Shown here: piece by piece, positions 1-12,500 of the stretch
Layout: each line of letters opens with the position of its first letter
Numbering within the stretch: position 1 is the stretch's first letter
Assembly (NCBI RefSeq): GCF_032444005.1
Contig: NC_091287.1
Span: forward strand, 574,616,001 to 574,680,000
Length of the DNA stretch: 64,000 nt
Direction: 5' to 3'
From: Ranitomeya imitator
Taxonomy: Eukaryota
Notes under the pieces: model-generated
What the model was told of the DNA's origin: nothing
Databases searched by the model: none
What the model saw: the letters and a program-made list of their open reading frames with translations, nothing else
Program-made: the position numbers and the translations under genes

Positions 1-2215
1 ACCAGCACCCACGTGCCCCTTCTGGCGGGATCACACTTGGATTTACGCACGCGAAGGCGCAGAGCTTCTTTGTATATGACTAAGTCCTTGTTGATCAAAC
101 TGCCTTCCGATGTGGTTTTTCACCGTGGCGACAATTTGCTAATGCGCAGCCATAGGTAATAGCAAAGGCTGATGATGAGGATTGCCTCGTATTGTGAATT
201 GCGTACTGATGGGGATATAGAAATAATGTCATGCAATAATCTTAATGAAGCGGGTCGCTGACATTACTTGCTCAGTTGAAGCCTTTTCCAGCCTTTAATA
301 GCTTGTTTGATGAAAAAGAACTTCGTAACATCCACCCACCCCATTAGTTAAAAGGAAAAGACTATTCCGGATAATTTTCGTTGCGTTGATGTTCCCGACA
401 CGCCCCTCTTTGAGCCGAAGCAAAGATTCCGTTAACAGTTCGCATCTCGTTCGGTCTTACATATCAACGGGCCTACCATGAATTAGGGAGCACCACTCTT
501 CCCAAGCCTTACCATAGACCTGCCAGGTAGCCGGTGTAACGGACGCACGGATTACTGGCATCAATGATTGGCCACTGTGTCCCAGAGGGATGGAGGGCAC
601 TGGTCACCTGATGGTTGCACATTGGGAAGGTCTTTGAAGGCCTGCCAACGGGACGATAACTGAGTTAATGAGATTATCATCTACATCTGCCACTAATCTG
701 GCTGGGCACTAGATGTTGTTTTTCAAGCATAGTAGTACTAGCCCATGTAAGAGAGCGAGTACGGGCATCGACACAGAAGACATATGGTTTAAACGGAACC
801 TGTCACCCCCAAAATGGAAGTTGAGCTAAGTCCACCGGCATCAGGGGCTTATCTACAGCATTCTGGAATGCTGTAGATAAGCCCCCAATGTATCCTAAAA
901 GAGGTTAGATTATATTCACCCAGGGGCGGTCCGATGCCCGTCGCAGTCCAGGGCCTCCCATCTTCTTATGATGACGTCCTCTTCTTGTCTTTACGCTCCG
1001 GTGTAGGCGAATTTGGCCTGTTGAGGGCAGAGCAAAGTACTGCAGTGCACAGGCGCAGGGCTTCTCCCGTCACCTGCGCACTGCAGAACTTTGCCCTCAA
1101 CAGGCCAAATTCGCCTGCACCGGAGCGTGAAGACAAGAAGAGGACGTCATCATAAGAAGATGGGAGGCCCCAGACCGGACCGCGACGCCCATCGTACCGG
1201 GACCGCCCCTGGGTGAGTATAATATAACCCCTTTTTCTCTTCTTTCAGGATACATCGGGGGCTTATCTACAGCATTACAGAATGCATTCCAGAATGCTGT
1301 AGATAAGCCCCTGATGCTGGTGGGCTTAGCTCACCTTCGATTTTTGGGGGTGACAGGTTCCCTTTAAGTTCTTTCCGGAAGTTGGATTTTTCATTTGAAA
1401 TTGAATGTTCGCGGTTCTCAACTGTGTACCCCATAACCACCGACAATACTATTGCAAAAATTTCTAAAAGTGCAGTATCACGCCCCCAGCCTGACGTAGT
1501 CCATAGCTCTGGCCACCTGCCTATGCACTATTGGTTTTTGTAGATTGCTGCAAAACCCTCTTTGTAACGTCCTCTGACTGCGAGCCCTAGGTCCTTGCTT
1601 GACATCTCTTTTGCCATGACGTAGATATGGCCATTGTAGGAATGTTTTCCAGATTGGTAAGTCTGCCTTCAACAAGCGAGTGATCCTAATTCTATGGCCG
1701 GGCTGGGAAATGCCCTTTGTTGCCAGTGATAAACGGCAAAGAGAAGGCTCTGCCGACCGGCATTATGCGGCTGGCGAATGTCAGCAGACCCAGCAAGGTC
1801 TGCATCTGTTGGAGGGTGTCACCTTTTTAGCCTCACTGAAACCTTCCAATGTGTGTAGTGTTTTCTGTATTTTTTTCTGCTGGTAAGCGAAAAATCATTG
1901 AATTGGTGTCTATTTCAAAGCCAAGGAAAGGCATTACATTACATGGTCCAACTCTTTTTTCGGGTGATAGCGGTATGACAAAATGCCATGATATAAATTA
2001 ATTTTTTTCTAGAAGAAAGAAGCAGAGTTTTGAATTTTTGGGGCCGACGAACAAAAAATTGTCGAGGTAGTGAATCAGAGAATAGCTGCCTGTCTCATAA
2101 CGGACTACCCAGTCCAGGAAAGTACTGACTAGCTTCAAATAGTGACACGAAGTGGAACATCCCATCGGCAGGCACATATCAAAATAATAGTGCTCGTCCA
2201 CCTTGCAACCTTACA
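1..2215 (-). mobile_element. Degenerate Ngaro/DIRS-type tyrosine-recombinase retrotransposon (RT, RNase H region, YR), interrupted by a MITE
   Basis: RT FDMCLPMGCSTSC...HYLDNFLFVGP (1998-2201); then PEKRVGPCNVMPFLGFEIDT and KVTLQQMQTLLGLLTFASRIMPVGRAF...LKADLPIWKTFL (~1640-1960); YR-like FFIKQAIKGWKR...RPASLRLLHDI...YEAIL (~150-330). Contains stops and frameshifts. Confidence 0.75.
793..1363. mobile_element. TTAA-flanked MITE (T2/Kolobok-type), palindromic over its whole length
   Basis: TTAA at 789-792 and 1364-1367; termini A(C/G)GGAACCTGTCACCCCC...GGGGGTGACAGGTTCCCT; inverted symmetry continues to the centre near 1065. Confidence 0.85.
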
Positions 2216-2294
2216 AGTGGAAGAAGTCGGGGTGCATGGGTAATAGGCGTAAAGTTCAGAGAAGAGCGATCAGAATGGTGAGCTGACTGCAAAG

Positions 2295-2608
2295 TATGTC
2301 CCACGAGGAGCGGTTACAGGATCTGGGAATGTTTAGCTGCATAAATGAAGATTAAGAGGAGATCTAATAGTTGTCTACAAATATCTGAAGGGCTGTCACA
2401 GTGGAGAGGGATCACCATTCTCATTTGCACATGGAAACACAAGAAGCAATGGGATGAAATTGAGAGGGAGAAGACACAGATTAGATATTAGGTAAAAAAA
2501 AACCAAACACTTTTTGATGGTGATAAATGAGTGGAACAGACGGCCACGAGAGGCTCCGATTATCCTGGAGGTCCCTTCCAACTCTTAACATTCTAGGATT
2601 CCATGATG
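2295..2608 (+). mobile_element. CR1 LINE 3' fragment
   Basis: Degenerate LGMFS...[15 protein letters not shown]...TRSNGMKL coding; CR1-type 3' end ggtcccttccaactcttaacattctaggattccatg. Confidence 0.75.
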
Positions 2609-2849
2609 GGCTCTAGTGAGCTGGGTACCTATGAGATGCGGGTCAGTTCTTGCCTTTGAGTTCCAATGCTGGTCAGTGGATCTTTAGTCTATATGTACAG
2701 AACTTGCTCAGTGAACAGGGAAGTGTTCAATATCTAGATGGCCCCCAGCACGACTCTTGTATTGACCTTGATATTAATGCTACTTCCTCAATGTCACTTG
2801 TATACCATAAAAGACAACACGAAAATATAAAGATGCTTCTGGCCACAGC

Positions 2850-3115
2850 TGGTATGTCGCTCTCCACAAGGAGAAACCTTGGACCCCAGTCCAGAGCCTC
2901 TCACCTAGCCAAATCAGTTCTCATGCTTCGCACTGACGAGGGCCAACAGCCCGAAACACCACGTCTGCGAATTGAGATACTGATTTGGCGTTTATCCCAA
3001 GTCATATTGCACGACTCGTTAAAGGGTTGATTGTGACTTGTAGGATCGCTACTTCCAACAGGTGGTGCTATAGAGTTTAAGTCCTCTTTTTCTCTGAAGA
3101 GGCAATTTGCATATT
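2850..3115 (+). mobile_element. Probable Penelope-like element terminal-repeat fragment carrying the hammerhead
   Basis: Inferred from the minimal type I hammerhead architecture, which is known from Penelope-like element repeats. No RT or GIY-YIG coding seen nearby; limits uncertain. Confidence 0.45.
2908..2989 (+). ncRNA. Type I hammerhead ribozyme (minimal helix III, Penelope-associated type)
   Basis: Core CTGACGA 2933-2939; helix II GGGC/GCCC with loop CAACA; GAAA 2953-2956; helix III AC/GT; GTC cleavage triplet 2963-2965; helix I TTCGCA/TGCGAA, extended by TCTCA/TGAGA and GCCAAATCAGT/ACTGATTTGGC. Confidence 0.85.
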
Positions 3116-3261
3116 AAGATACTTCTGCACATCGAAATCAAGATGTCATGGTGGAGGAGATATTACGTGGCAGAAGTGCCAATCGTGGAGCCATTACAAG
3201 TTTTATTATAAAACACACTGGCTGAGCTGATCCAGACATATATACAAGAAGGACACCGTCA

Positions 3262-3267
3262 TCATAG
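3262..3267 (-). terminator. Probable BOP1 polyadenylation signal AATAAA
   Basis: TTTATT on the plus strand, ~90 nt past the stop codon. Confidence 0.7.
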
Positions 3268-3353
3268 CTGCCGACGCACTGTCTGCGGGGTGGAGGACAG
3301 GAGACTGACACTCCTTGCTTTATCTCAGGGGTCTTGTGTCAGATGAGGTCCAG

Positions 3354-3507
3354 TTATGTGAAGAGACGGATTGTAGAATCAGCCCCAGAAGAGAAGACCC
3401 AAGGCTGCGTTGGGTGGAAGACAACATCAAGGACGCCCAGATCTCGGGTAATATCATGTCCTCTGAGAACCTTCACGGGAACAATGAGCGGATTCTGCAG
3501 GAGATCG
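3354..3507 (-). CDS. BOP1: BOP1 exon 16, terminal coding part ([14 protein letters not shown]...DSTIRLFT*)
   Basis: Acceptor gttgtgcag|; TAA stop at 3356-3354. Confidence 0.96.
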
Positions 3508-6500
3508 CTGCACAACATAAGAGATGGGTCAGATCACTCCTCCTTGGACAGCAGGCAAACACCCCCTCCCCCATGACAGTCCATCGTACTTACTTGTAGA
3601 CCATGCCATGGCACACGATGACACTGCCGTCATCCGAGCCAGAGGCAAACAGCGGGTACTGTCTGTGAAAGGCCACTGCCCTTAGTGCCTTCTTATGATG
3701 TCTGTAAAACAAAACATCTCAAATAGCCACTGCTCAAACTGATCCCCCCATCACGAGAGAAGACCACCATTCACCACTTACCTGAGCACCTTGTAGGGTT
3801 TCGTGGAGAGATCCATATCAAACCAGGCCAACTTGGAATCATAACTTCCATAGATCAGATTATCACCTGGAACGACATGAGAAGTGACTGCTCTGACCTC
3901 ATCCCCCAGAGCGGCCCACCACCGCCTAGACCGCAGCAGAGGAGCCCCCCATCATTCTCCGCTTACCTGCAGGGTGGATAGCGAGGCTGGAGATCCACTT
4001 GCAGTTGGCGAGTAGCTTCTTAGTAAGCTCCTGTTTTAACAGATTGTAGACCCTGATGTAGCGCTGTGTGGCCACAAAGAAGAACGGGCGAGTGGGGTGG
4101 AACTGGACCCGCTGGACCTGGCCTTTGTTTTTGCGGAAAGGGTTTTGGCTGCGTCTGCGGCTGAGCTGATGAATAAAGACTTGAGAATTCCCATTATCTG
4201 GAAGGATCACTGCAAAATAATCCCCGCGTCCGTGCCACGTGACTTGCTTCACTGCCTGTGAGAAGAGAAGTGTGAAAAGCAGCCGAGGCCACAGCAAACA
4301 GCACCCATCATGGCAAAGTCTACCTTCTCATGGTGAAGCCGGAGCCGCAGTCCTTGGTCATAATCTGCCCCCTCTGCGGTCGCCCAGGTCACTGGCTGCG
4401 GATTCTGCTCCTCAGGGGCCTCATACCCCTCTAAATGTTGATCAGTGGAACTGCACAGAAGACGGTCTCCAAGGCCGGGGTTCACAATGACAACGGAGCT
4501 CTCCCTGAGCAAAACAATCAGCATATGTGACTGATGGCACACAACCGGAGTCGGTACATGTCAGACCAGAGCTGCATCCATCCAATAATAACAGCAGCAG
4601 AATAGTGAACGCAGCTCTGGGTTATAATACAGGATGCAACTCAGGATCAGTAATGTATGTACACAGTGACTGCATCAGCAGAATAGTGAGTGCAGCTCTG
4701 GTGTATAATACAGGAGGTAACTCAGGATCAGTAATGTAATGTATGTATACTGTGACTGCATCAGCAGAATAGTGAGTGCAGCTCTGGGGTATAATACAGG
4801 ATGTAACTCAGGATCAGTAATGTAATGTATGTACACAGTGACTGCATCAGCAGAATAGCGAGTGCAGCTCTGGTGTATAATACAGGAGGTAACTCAGGAT
4901 CAGTAATGTATGTATACTGTGACTGCATCAGCAGAATAGTGAGTGCAGCTCTGGGGTATAGTACAGGAGGTAACTCAGGATCAGTAATGTAATGTATGTA
5001 CACAGTGACTGCACCAGCAGAATAGTGAGTGCAGCTCTGGAGTATAATACAGGAGGTAACTCAGGATCAGTAATGTAATGTATGTACACAGTGACTGCAC
5101 CAGCAGAATAGTGAGTGCAGCTCTGGAGTATAATACAGGAGGTAACTCAGGATCAGTAATGTAATGTATGTACACAGTGACTGCACAAGCAGAATAGTGA
5201 GTGCAGCTCTGGGGTATAATACAGGATACTTACACACATGCAGCCACCAGCACCAGTGAGGAGTTTGGGTTCCAGCTCACACTTTTGACGGCCCCATCTA
5301 GATTAATCGTTTTCATGCAACGACCGGTACAAATTTCCCAAAACTTGAGTGTTGAGTCATCAGAGCCTAAGAAGAGCAGGAAAGTTATCCTCTCGGCTAG
5401 TGGCGTGACTTACCAGGGTTCTGTAGACCGTAGATTGTCCTTGGGGCCTCTGAGGTTCCAGTGTGCTCAGGTTAAGGCAGCTGAATTAGAGTAATCGTCC
5501 ATTAGTCTGGCACCGACTGGGCAAGACATCGTGATAATTCAGAAGACAAAAACAATCTGACGGCAAAACCTCAGTGGTGGAGCAATCGTCGTCCTCTGGG
5601 CCAGGTCTCCAAGACATGTGAATGTCAGATCTTTACATCCTTCCACAAATCAGTGTCCGCTCCACAGATGATGGCGGAGGACATAACACAGAAATAACGT
5701 CACACATCTGATTGTGAATCCACGTACCTGAGACAATCCACTGACCGGAGGGAGAGACACTGACACAGCGCACGAGGGATGTGTGACCACGATAAATCTA
5801 GTGGGACCAACAGAAAGGAGAGCGATCAGCGGAGGGGCAGACGGGACCAGGACCAGCAGGATCCGGGGAACCCCCAGAAGCTACACTCACCATGGACTGT
5901 GTGGTAGGGAATGGCTGCAGGTCTCGGGGTTTGGGTAGTTTGGGGATCAGATCCTCAGGATCCACATTGACCTGTGTGATAGAAGCACAGATGAGGGAGA
6001 CGTTCCTGGAAGTGCAGCGTGCTCATCTGGTGGTCGCTTACCCTCATCTTCCTCTGGCGAGGACACAGGTACAGGTCCAGGCAGCGCTCAAACCTCTCGT
6101 GTATGAAGCGAGCATATGCGGGGACGGAGCGCAGGGAAAGGTGGTGCTTGGGAAGGAACGGCAACTTCCGGTCTTCAGGATCCTGCTGCTCCCAGGCCAA
6201 TTTCTACAGAGGAATGAGGAGACGTTGGACATGATGGATCCTCACACACGGAGCAGGTGAATCACAGACCCATCAGACGCCGCACCTCCTCCTCGGTCAT
6301 CAGGTACTCTGGAGGGGGGTTGTAGGACTCCTCATGTCCTGGCAGTGGCAGCCGTGGAGCGGGAACGTGCATTTTGTGCCTCCCTAGTATGGCGTTCGGA
6401 TCCTCCTGAGCCCACAGGTCATAGTAACTGGGGGTGTCATCTCGAGGCTTCCGTGGACGGATCCAGCCCATCTTAATGGCATGAACCAACTTGGAAACCT

Positions 6501-9500
6501 AAAACCAGCAACAAATGTGATCACTGAGGTGGTTCCACAGCAGCAGCGGCTGCCGCCGCTATGAGGCCGATCACAGACGGCACCATCGTCAGCCGCCAAA
6601 ATGCTGTTACCTTCTCCTTCTCAATGAGGGAAGGAATGAAGCTTTTCTTGTCCGCTGGTCGGTTGGTGACGGGATGGATCATGGTCTCATGTGTGAAGAA
6701 ATCCACTGATGGCTGCAGGAAAAGATCAGAGCTCATCAGACCGGCAGGCGCCATACATTGCACCATACACCTCACATTATCACTAGAAGAGGCTCGTGTC
6801 CTCCTCGAGAACGGACGGGCTACAGGGGGCTCTAGGTGACCATGTGGTGCAACAACGGAAAAAAAATCTGCCTCATCTGTGGGGTGTCAAGTGGTATTAC
6901 TGCCCAGTTCCCTCTCAATGGAGCAGAGCAGCCACACCAAATACCACCCAGGGGCTTCTCACTACTGGGGAAGAAGAAGGCGGACGGCTCTGAGTACTGG
7001 AGAGACCACGGTGGTTGCATCAATAACTAGCCAAGGAGAAACTGCACTGACTCCTGGGGGGAGAATGGAGGGTGTGGCAGGAAGACTGCACCAACCACTG
7101 GGGAGACTGGGGGGAAATGGAGGGTGTGGCAGGAAGACTGCACCAACCACTGGGGAGACTGAGGGGGGATGGAGGGTGTGGCAGGAAGACTGCACCAACC
7201 ACTGGGGAGACTGAGGGGGGATGGAGGGTGTGGCAGGAAGACTGCACCAATCACTGGGGAAACTGAGGGGGGATGGAGGGTGTGGCAGGAAGACTGCACC
7301 AACCACTGGGGAGACTGAGGGGGGATGGAAGGTGTGGCAGGAAGACTGCACCAACCACTGGGGAGACTGAGGGGGGATGGAGGGTGTGGCAGGAAGACTG
7401 CACCAACCACTGGGGAAACTGAGGGGGGATGGAGGGTGTGGCAGGAAGACTGCACCAACCACTGGGGAGACTGAGGGGGGATGGAGGGTGTGGCAGGAAG
7501 ACTGCACCAACCACTGGGGAGACTGAGGGGGGATGGAGGGTGTGGCAGGAAGACTGAACCAACCACTGGGGAGACTGAGGGGGGATGGAGGGTGTGGCAG
7601 GAAGACTGCACCAACCACTGGGGAGACTGAGGGGGGATGGAGGGTGTGGCAGGAAGACTGCACCAACCACTGGGAAGACTGAGGGGGGATGGAGGGTGTG
7701 GCAGGAAGACTGCACCAACCACTGGGGAGACTGAGGGGGGATGGAGGGTGTGGCAGGAAGACTGAACCAACCACTGGGGAGACTGAGGGGGGATGGAGGG
7801 TGTGGCAGGAAGACTGCACCAACCACTGGGAAGACTGAGGGGGGATGGAGGGTGTGGCAGGAAGACTGCACCAACCACTGGGAAGACTGAGGGGGGATGG
7901 AGGGTGTGGCAGGAAGACTGCACCAACCACTGGGGAGACTGAGGGGGGATGGAGGGTGTGGCAGGAAGACTGCACCAACCACTGGGGAAACTGAGGGGGG
8001 ATGGAGGGTGTGGCAGGAAGACTGGACCAACCACTGGGGAGACTGAGGGGGGATGGAGGGTGTGGCAGGAAGACTGCACCAACCACTGGGGAGAAATGGA
8101 GGGTGTGGCAGGAAGACTGCACCAACCACTGGGAAGACTGAGGGGGGATGGAGGGTGTGGCAGGAAGACTGCACCAACCACTGGGAAGACTGAGGGGGGG
8201 GATGGAGGGTGTGGCAGGAAGACTGCACCAACCACTGGGGAGACTGAGGGGGGATGGAGGGTGTGGCAGGAAGCCTGCACCAACCACTGGGGAGACTGAG
8301 GGGGGATGGAGGGTGTGGCAGGAAGACTGCACCAACCACTGGGGAGACTGAGGGGGGATGGAGCGTGTGGCAGGAAGACTGCACCAACCACTGGGGAGAC
8401 TGAGGGGGGATGGAGCGTGTGGCAGGAAGACTGCACCAACCACTGGGGAGACTGAGGGGGGATGGAGCGTGTGGCAGGAAGACTGCACCAACCACTGGGG
8501 AGACTGAGGGGGGATGGAGCGTGTGGCAGGAAGACTGCACCAACCACTGGGGAGACTGAGGGGGGATGGAGCGTGTGGCAGGAAGACTGCACCAACCACT
8601 GGGGAGACTGAGGGGGGATGGAGGGTGTGGCAGGAAGACTGCACCAACCACTGGGGAGACTGAGGGGGGATGGAGGGTGTGGCAGGAAGACTGCACCAAC
8701 CACTGGGGAGACTGAGGGGGGATGGAGCGTGTGGCAGGAAGACTGCACCAACCACTGGGGAGACTGAGGGGGGATGGAGCGTGTGGCAGGAAGACTGCAC
8801 CAACCACTGGGGAGACTGAGGGGGGATGGAGCGTGTGGCAGGAAGACTGCACCAACCACTGGGGAGACTGAGGGGGGATGGAGCGTGTGGCAGGAAGACT
8901 GCACCAACCACTGGGGAGACTGAGGGGGGATGGAGCGTGTGGCAGGAAGACTGCACCAACCACTGGGGAGACTGAGGGGGGATGGAGCGTGTGGCAGGAA
9001 GACTGCACCAACCACTGGGGAGACTGAGGGGGGATGGAGGGTGTGGCAGGAAGACTGCACCAACCACTGGGGAGACTGAGGGGGGATGGAGGGTGTGGCA
9101 GGAAGACTGCACCAACCACTGGGGAGACTGAGGGGGGATGGAGCGTGTGGCAGGAAGACTGCACCAACCACTGGGGAGACTGGGGTGAGATGGTGTGGCA
9201 GGAACACTGCACCAACTACTGGGGAGACTGGGGTGAGATGGTGTGGCAGGGAGACTGCACCAACCATTGGGAAGGGGGGGGGGTTGGGCAGGAGGACTGA
9301 ACTAGTCATAGAGAAGGTTGGGGGGGGGGGGGCAGGTAGATTGCTGGAGAAATAAAAGGAGACATTTGTACCCAGTGGAGGTGACACAATTTGCAGTGAC
9401 TATTGAGTTACTAAAAGGCGGAGCACAATTTTTACATTTAAGAGGCAATTTATCTAACAAAGGCGTCCCCGGGCAGGCGAGTCTCCCCGCTGCGGTGCAG

Positions 9501-12500
9501 GATACGCTTGTTGGGTCCGGTGGAACCTTCTCACTCATTACACCATACCTCGTATGGATCACAGTTCACATCTCCAAACTGTCCTCGCTGCAGCCGGTCA
9601 ACCAGATCCACCTGCTCATCCGTCAGTTTTATGTCCCGACCGGTTTTCTTATCGTGAACAGTTCGCCTGTAAAAAAAAAATAAAATAAAACGAAACAAAA
9701 CCTCCGAAAAAACAAACCACGTAAATCAGTATGGGCAACACGGTCCCGGAGTGAGAGGGGAGGTATGCAGTCCCGGAGTTGGTGCAGAGAGGGGTATTGT
9801 GGTCCCGGAGCTGGGGGGTAATCTGCTCCTGGGGTCGGCAGGGTGGAGCTGTGGAAACACTCACCAGTAATCTGGATTCTCCATCTTGTCCAGAAACTCT
9901 TCCAGTTGGTCCTTATTCCTCAGCGGTTTGAAGATCTTTTTCCCGTCCAGGTCGTAGCCGATGTGCGGGAAATCCTTGTACCATTCCATAGGAATATTCC
10001 CAACAGTGTTTCTGATGTCCTGAGAAGGAACAGATGCCAGGTCAGGAGTGACCAACCACAATCAGACAGGTGATCTACAGTCGGTCTGACAGCCCCCCCC
10101 CGCCGGACCCCAGAAGCTGTGGCTCCAGAGGACTCATCCAAAAAAATTACCTGGAGTATAAGATGGTATGCATGCAAAAAATAGGAACATGTTAAACAGA
10201 CAAAACTGAAGATAGACAAAAAATGAACATCTCCCCTGCTGTAAGGGTGTGTGCGGCCTTTCTTGGAGATGGACATTACGTTTATATAGCTTCCCATTGT
10301 GGGCGTCCATGTTCGCGACCCAGATAGGGACAAGGTTTTAATACTAGAGATTAGGACCATCCCGAATTTGGGTCACCTTGTCGTGGTGGGAAGGCTGTCA
10401 GGCCTTCCCAAGTCGCCCATATTATTTATATATGATTGTTGTGATACTCTGGTCTAATTACAATATTAGTTACAATTTTTGCTACGAAGAATCGGTCAAA
10501 CATTATCCAGGAGTTTTCCGCCTCCCGGCCAATCGGCCACTGTCCTGGAGACTGCTGGTTCTCCAGGTTGTCTGTAGCCATCTCCAATATTGGGAGAGTT
10601 GGAGTCAAGAGGCCAAGAACTACAGGTACGGACAGACTCCTGGCACCAGCGTTATCTACTGCGCTCCCTCAGGTCCACGTCCTCAGGTCTCCAGGTATAA
10701 TGGGAACACTCAGATATCACCGGCCATCACAACTAAGGGGCAGACATCCCCAAAAAGTTATCAATAATTCCGAATCTTCATCACTTCTCCAATATAACTG
10801 AACAATCCGAAATCTGCGGCACAGGAAGAAGCTTGCGAGGGTGTAAGAAGGGTTAATACTGCGCTAGTTAGGAAGCACAGGCTAGTCTAGGCTGTTAAAT
10901 CCCACAGCCGTCTGGGGACTCCCTTCCCCCCTCTTCCAGCTTCCGATGGAGCCCCCCTCACTCGTGTCTGCTGCCGGCTGAGGGAGGAACCAGACTCACT
11001 CTCAAGGGTCACTATAAAAAGTCAATCACAGCTGCAGCTCCGCCAGACGGCTGCATCCACACGTGTGAGACCAGGACTCCATACAGGGGAAGAGATGGAC
11101 AGAAGGACAGCAGCAGAGACACAGAGGAGGCAGTGACAGCGCACCGTCCGTCCTGTGACACAGAGGAGGCAGTGACAGCGCACCATCCATCCTGTGACAC
11201 AGAGGAGGCAGTGACAGCGCACCATCCGTCCATCAGGGGACAGAGGAGGCAGTGACAGCGCACCATCCATCCGGGGAAACAGAGGAGGCAGTGACAGCGC
11301 ACCATCCATCCGGGGAAACAGAGGAGGCAGTGACAGCGCACCATCCATCCGGGGAAACAGAGGAGGCAGTGACAGCGCACCGTCCGTCCATCTGGGGACA
11401 GAGGAGACAGTGACAGCACACCATCCGTCCGGTGTCACAGAAGAGGCAGTGACAGCGCACCATCCATCCTGTGACACAGAGGAGGCACTGACAGCGCACC
11501 ATCCGTCCATCTGGGGACAGAGGAGACAGTGACAGCGCACCATCCGTCCTGTGACAGAGGAGGCAGTGACAGCGCACCATTCGTCCTGTGACACAGAGGA
11601 GGCAGTGACAGCGCACCATCCGTCCTGTGACACAGAGGAGGCAGTGACAGCGCATAGTCAATCCAGGGACACAGAGGAGGCAGTGACAGCGCACCATCCG
11701 TCCATCTGGGGACAGAGGAGGCAGTGACAGCGCACCATCCGTCCTGTAACACAGAGGCAGTGACAGCGCACCATCCGTCCATCTGGGGACAGAGGAGACA
11801 GTGACAGCGCACCATCCGTCCAATGTCACAGAGGAGGTAGTGACAGCGCACCATCCGTCCATCTGGAGACAGAGGAGACAGTGACAGCGCAACTTCCGTC
11901 CTGTGAAAGAGGAGGCAGTGACAGCGCACCATCCGTCCAGTGACACAGAGGAGACAGTGACAGCGCACAGTCAATCCAGTGACACAGAGGAGGCAGTGAC
12001 AGCGCACCGTCCGTCTGGGGACACAGAAGAGGCAGTGACAGCTCACCGTCCTACCAGTGACACAGAGCAGAGGCAGTGACAGCGCACCATCCGTCCGGTG
12101 ACACAGAGCAGGCAGTGACAGCATACCATCCGTCCATACAGAGTCACAGGTGGAGGCCAAGTCATCCTCTAGCATTGCTGCCCGCCGTTTCAATATGTCG
12201 TTTGCTATGCTCCGCCATGCCCCGCCTGCCCGCTTTCTCTACCCGGACATCAGCATGCTCTCAGACGATGAGGACAGCAGTAGTGACAGCTCCAGCTGCG
12301 GCGAAAAAGGATTCCATCACTCGGGAGGTGGAGGTAAAAGGGAACATAAAAAGTGCCCAAGACTGCATCGAGAACCACGTCAGCGACATACGGCCAACGC
12401 CCGCGAGAGGGACCGGACCAACAGCGTCAACAACGCCTTCACGGCCCTGCGCACGCTCATTCCCACCGAACCCGCAGACCGCAAACTCTCCAAAATAGAG

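Noticed and set aside
2605-2860. Possible last exon of a convergent gene (MROH1 lies here in mammals)
   Set aside because: No recognisable coding similarity or splice acceptor; track ORF 2650-3030 overlaps the hammerhead repeat and resembles no protein I know.
6962-9387. 654-786-aa Pro/Ser-rich ORFs
   Set aside because: Stop-free readings of the 52-bp minisatellite in BOP1 intron 5; the same peptide recurs in all three frames.
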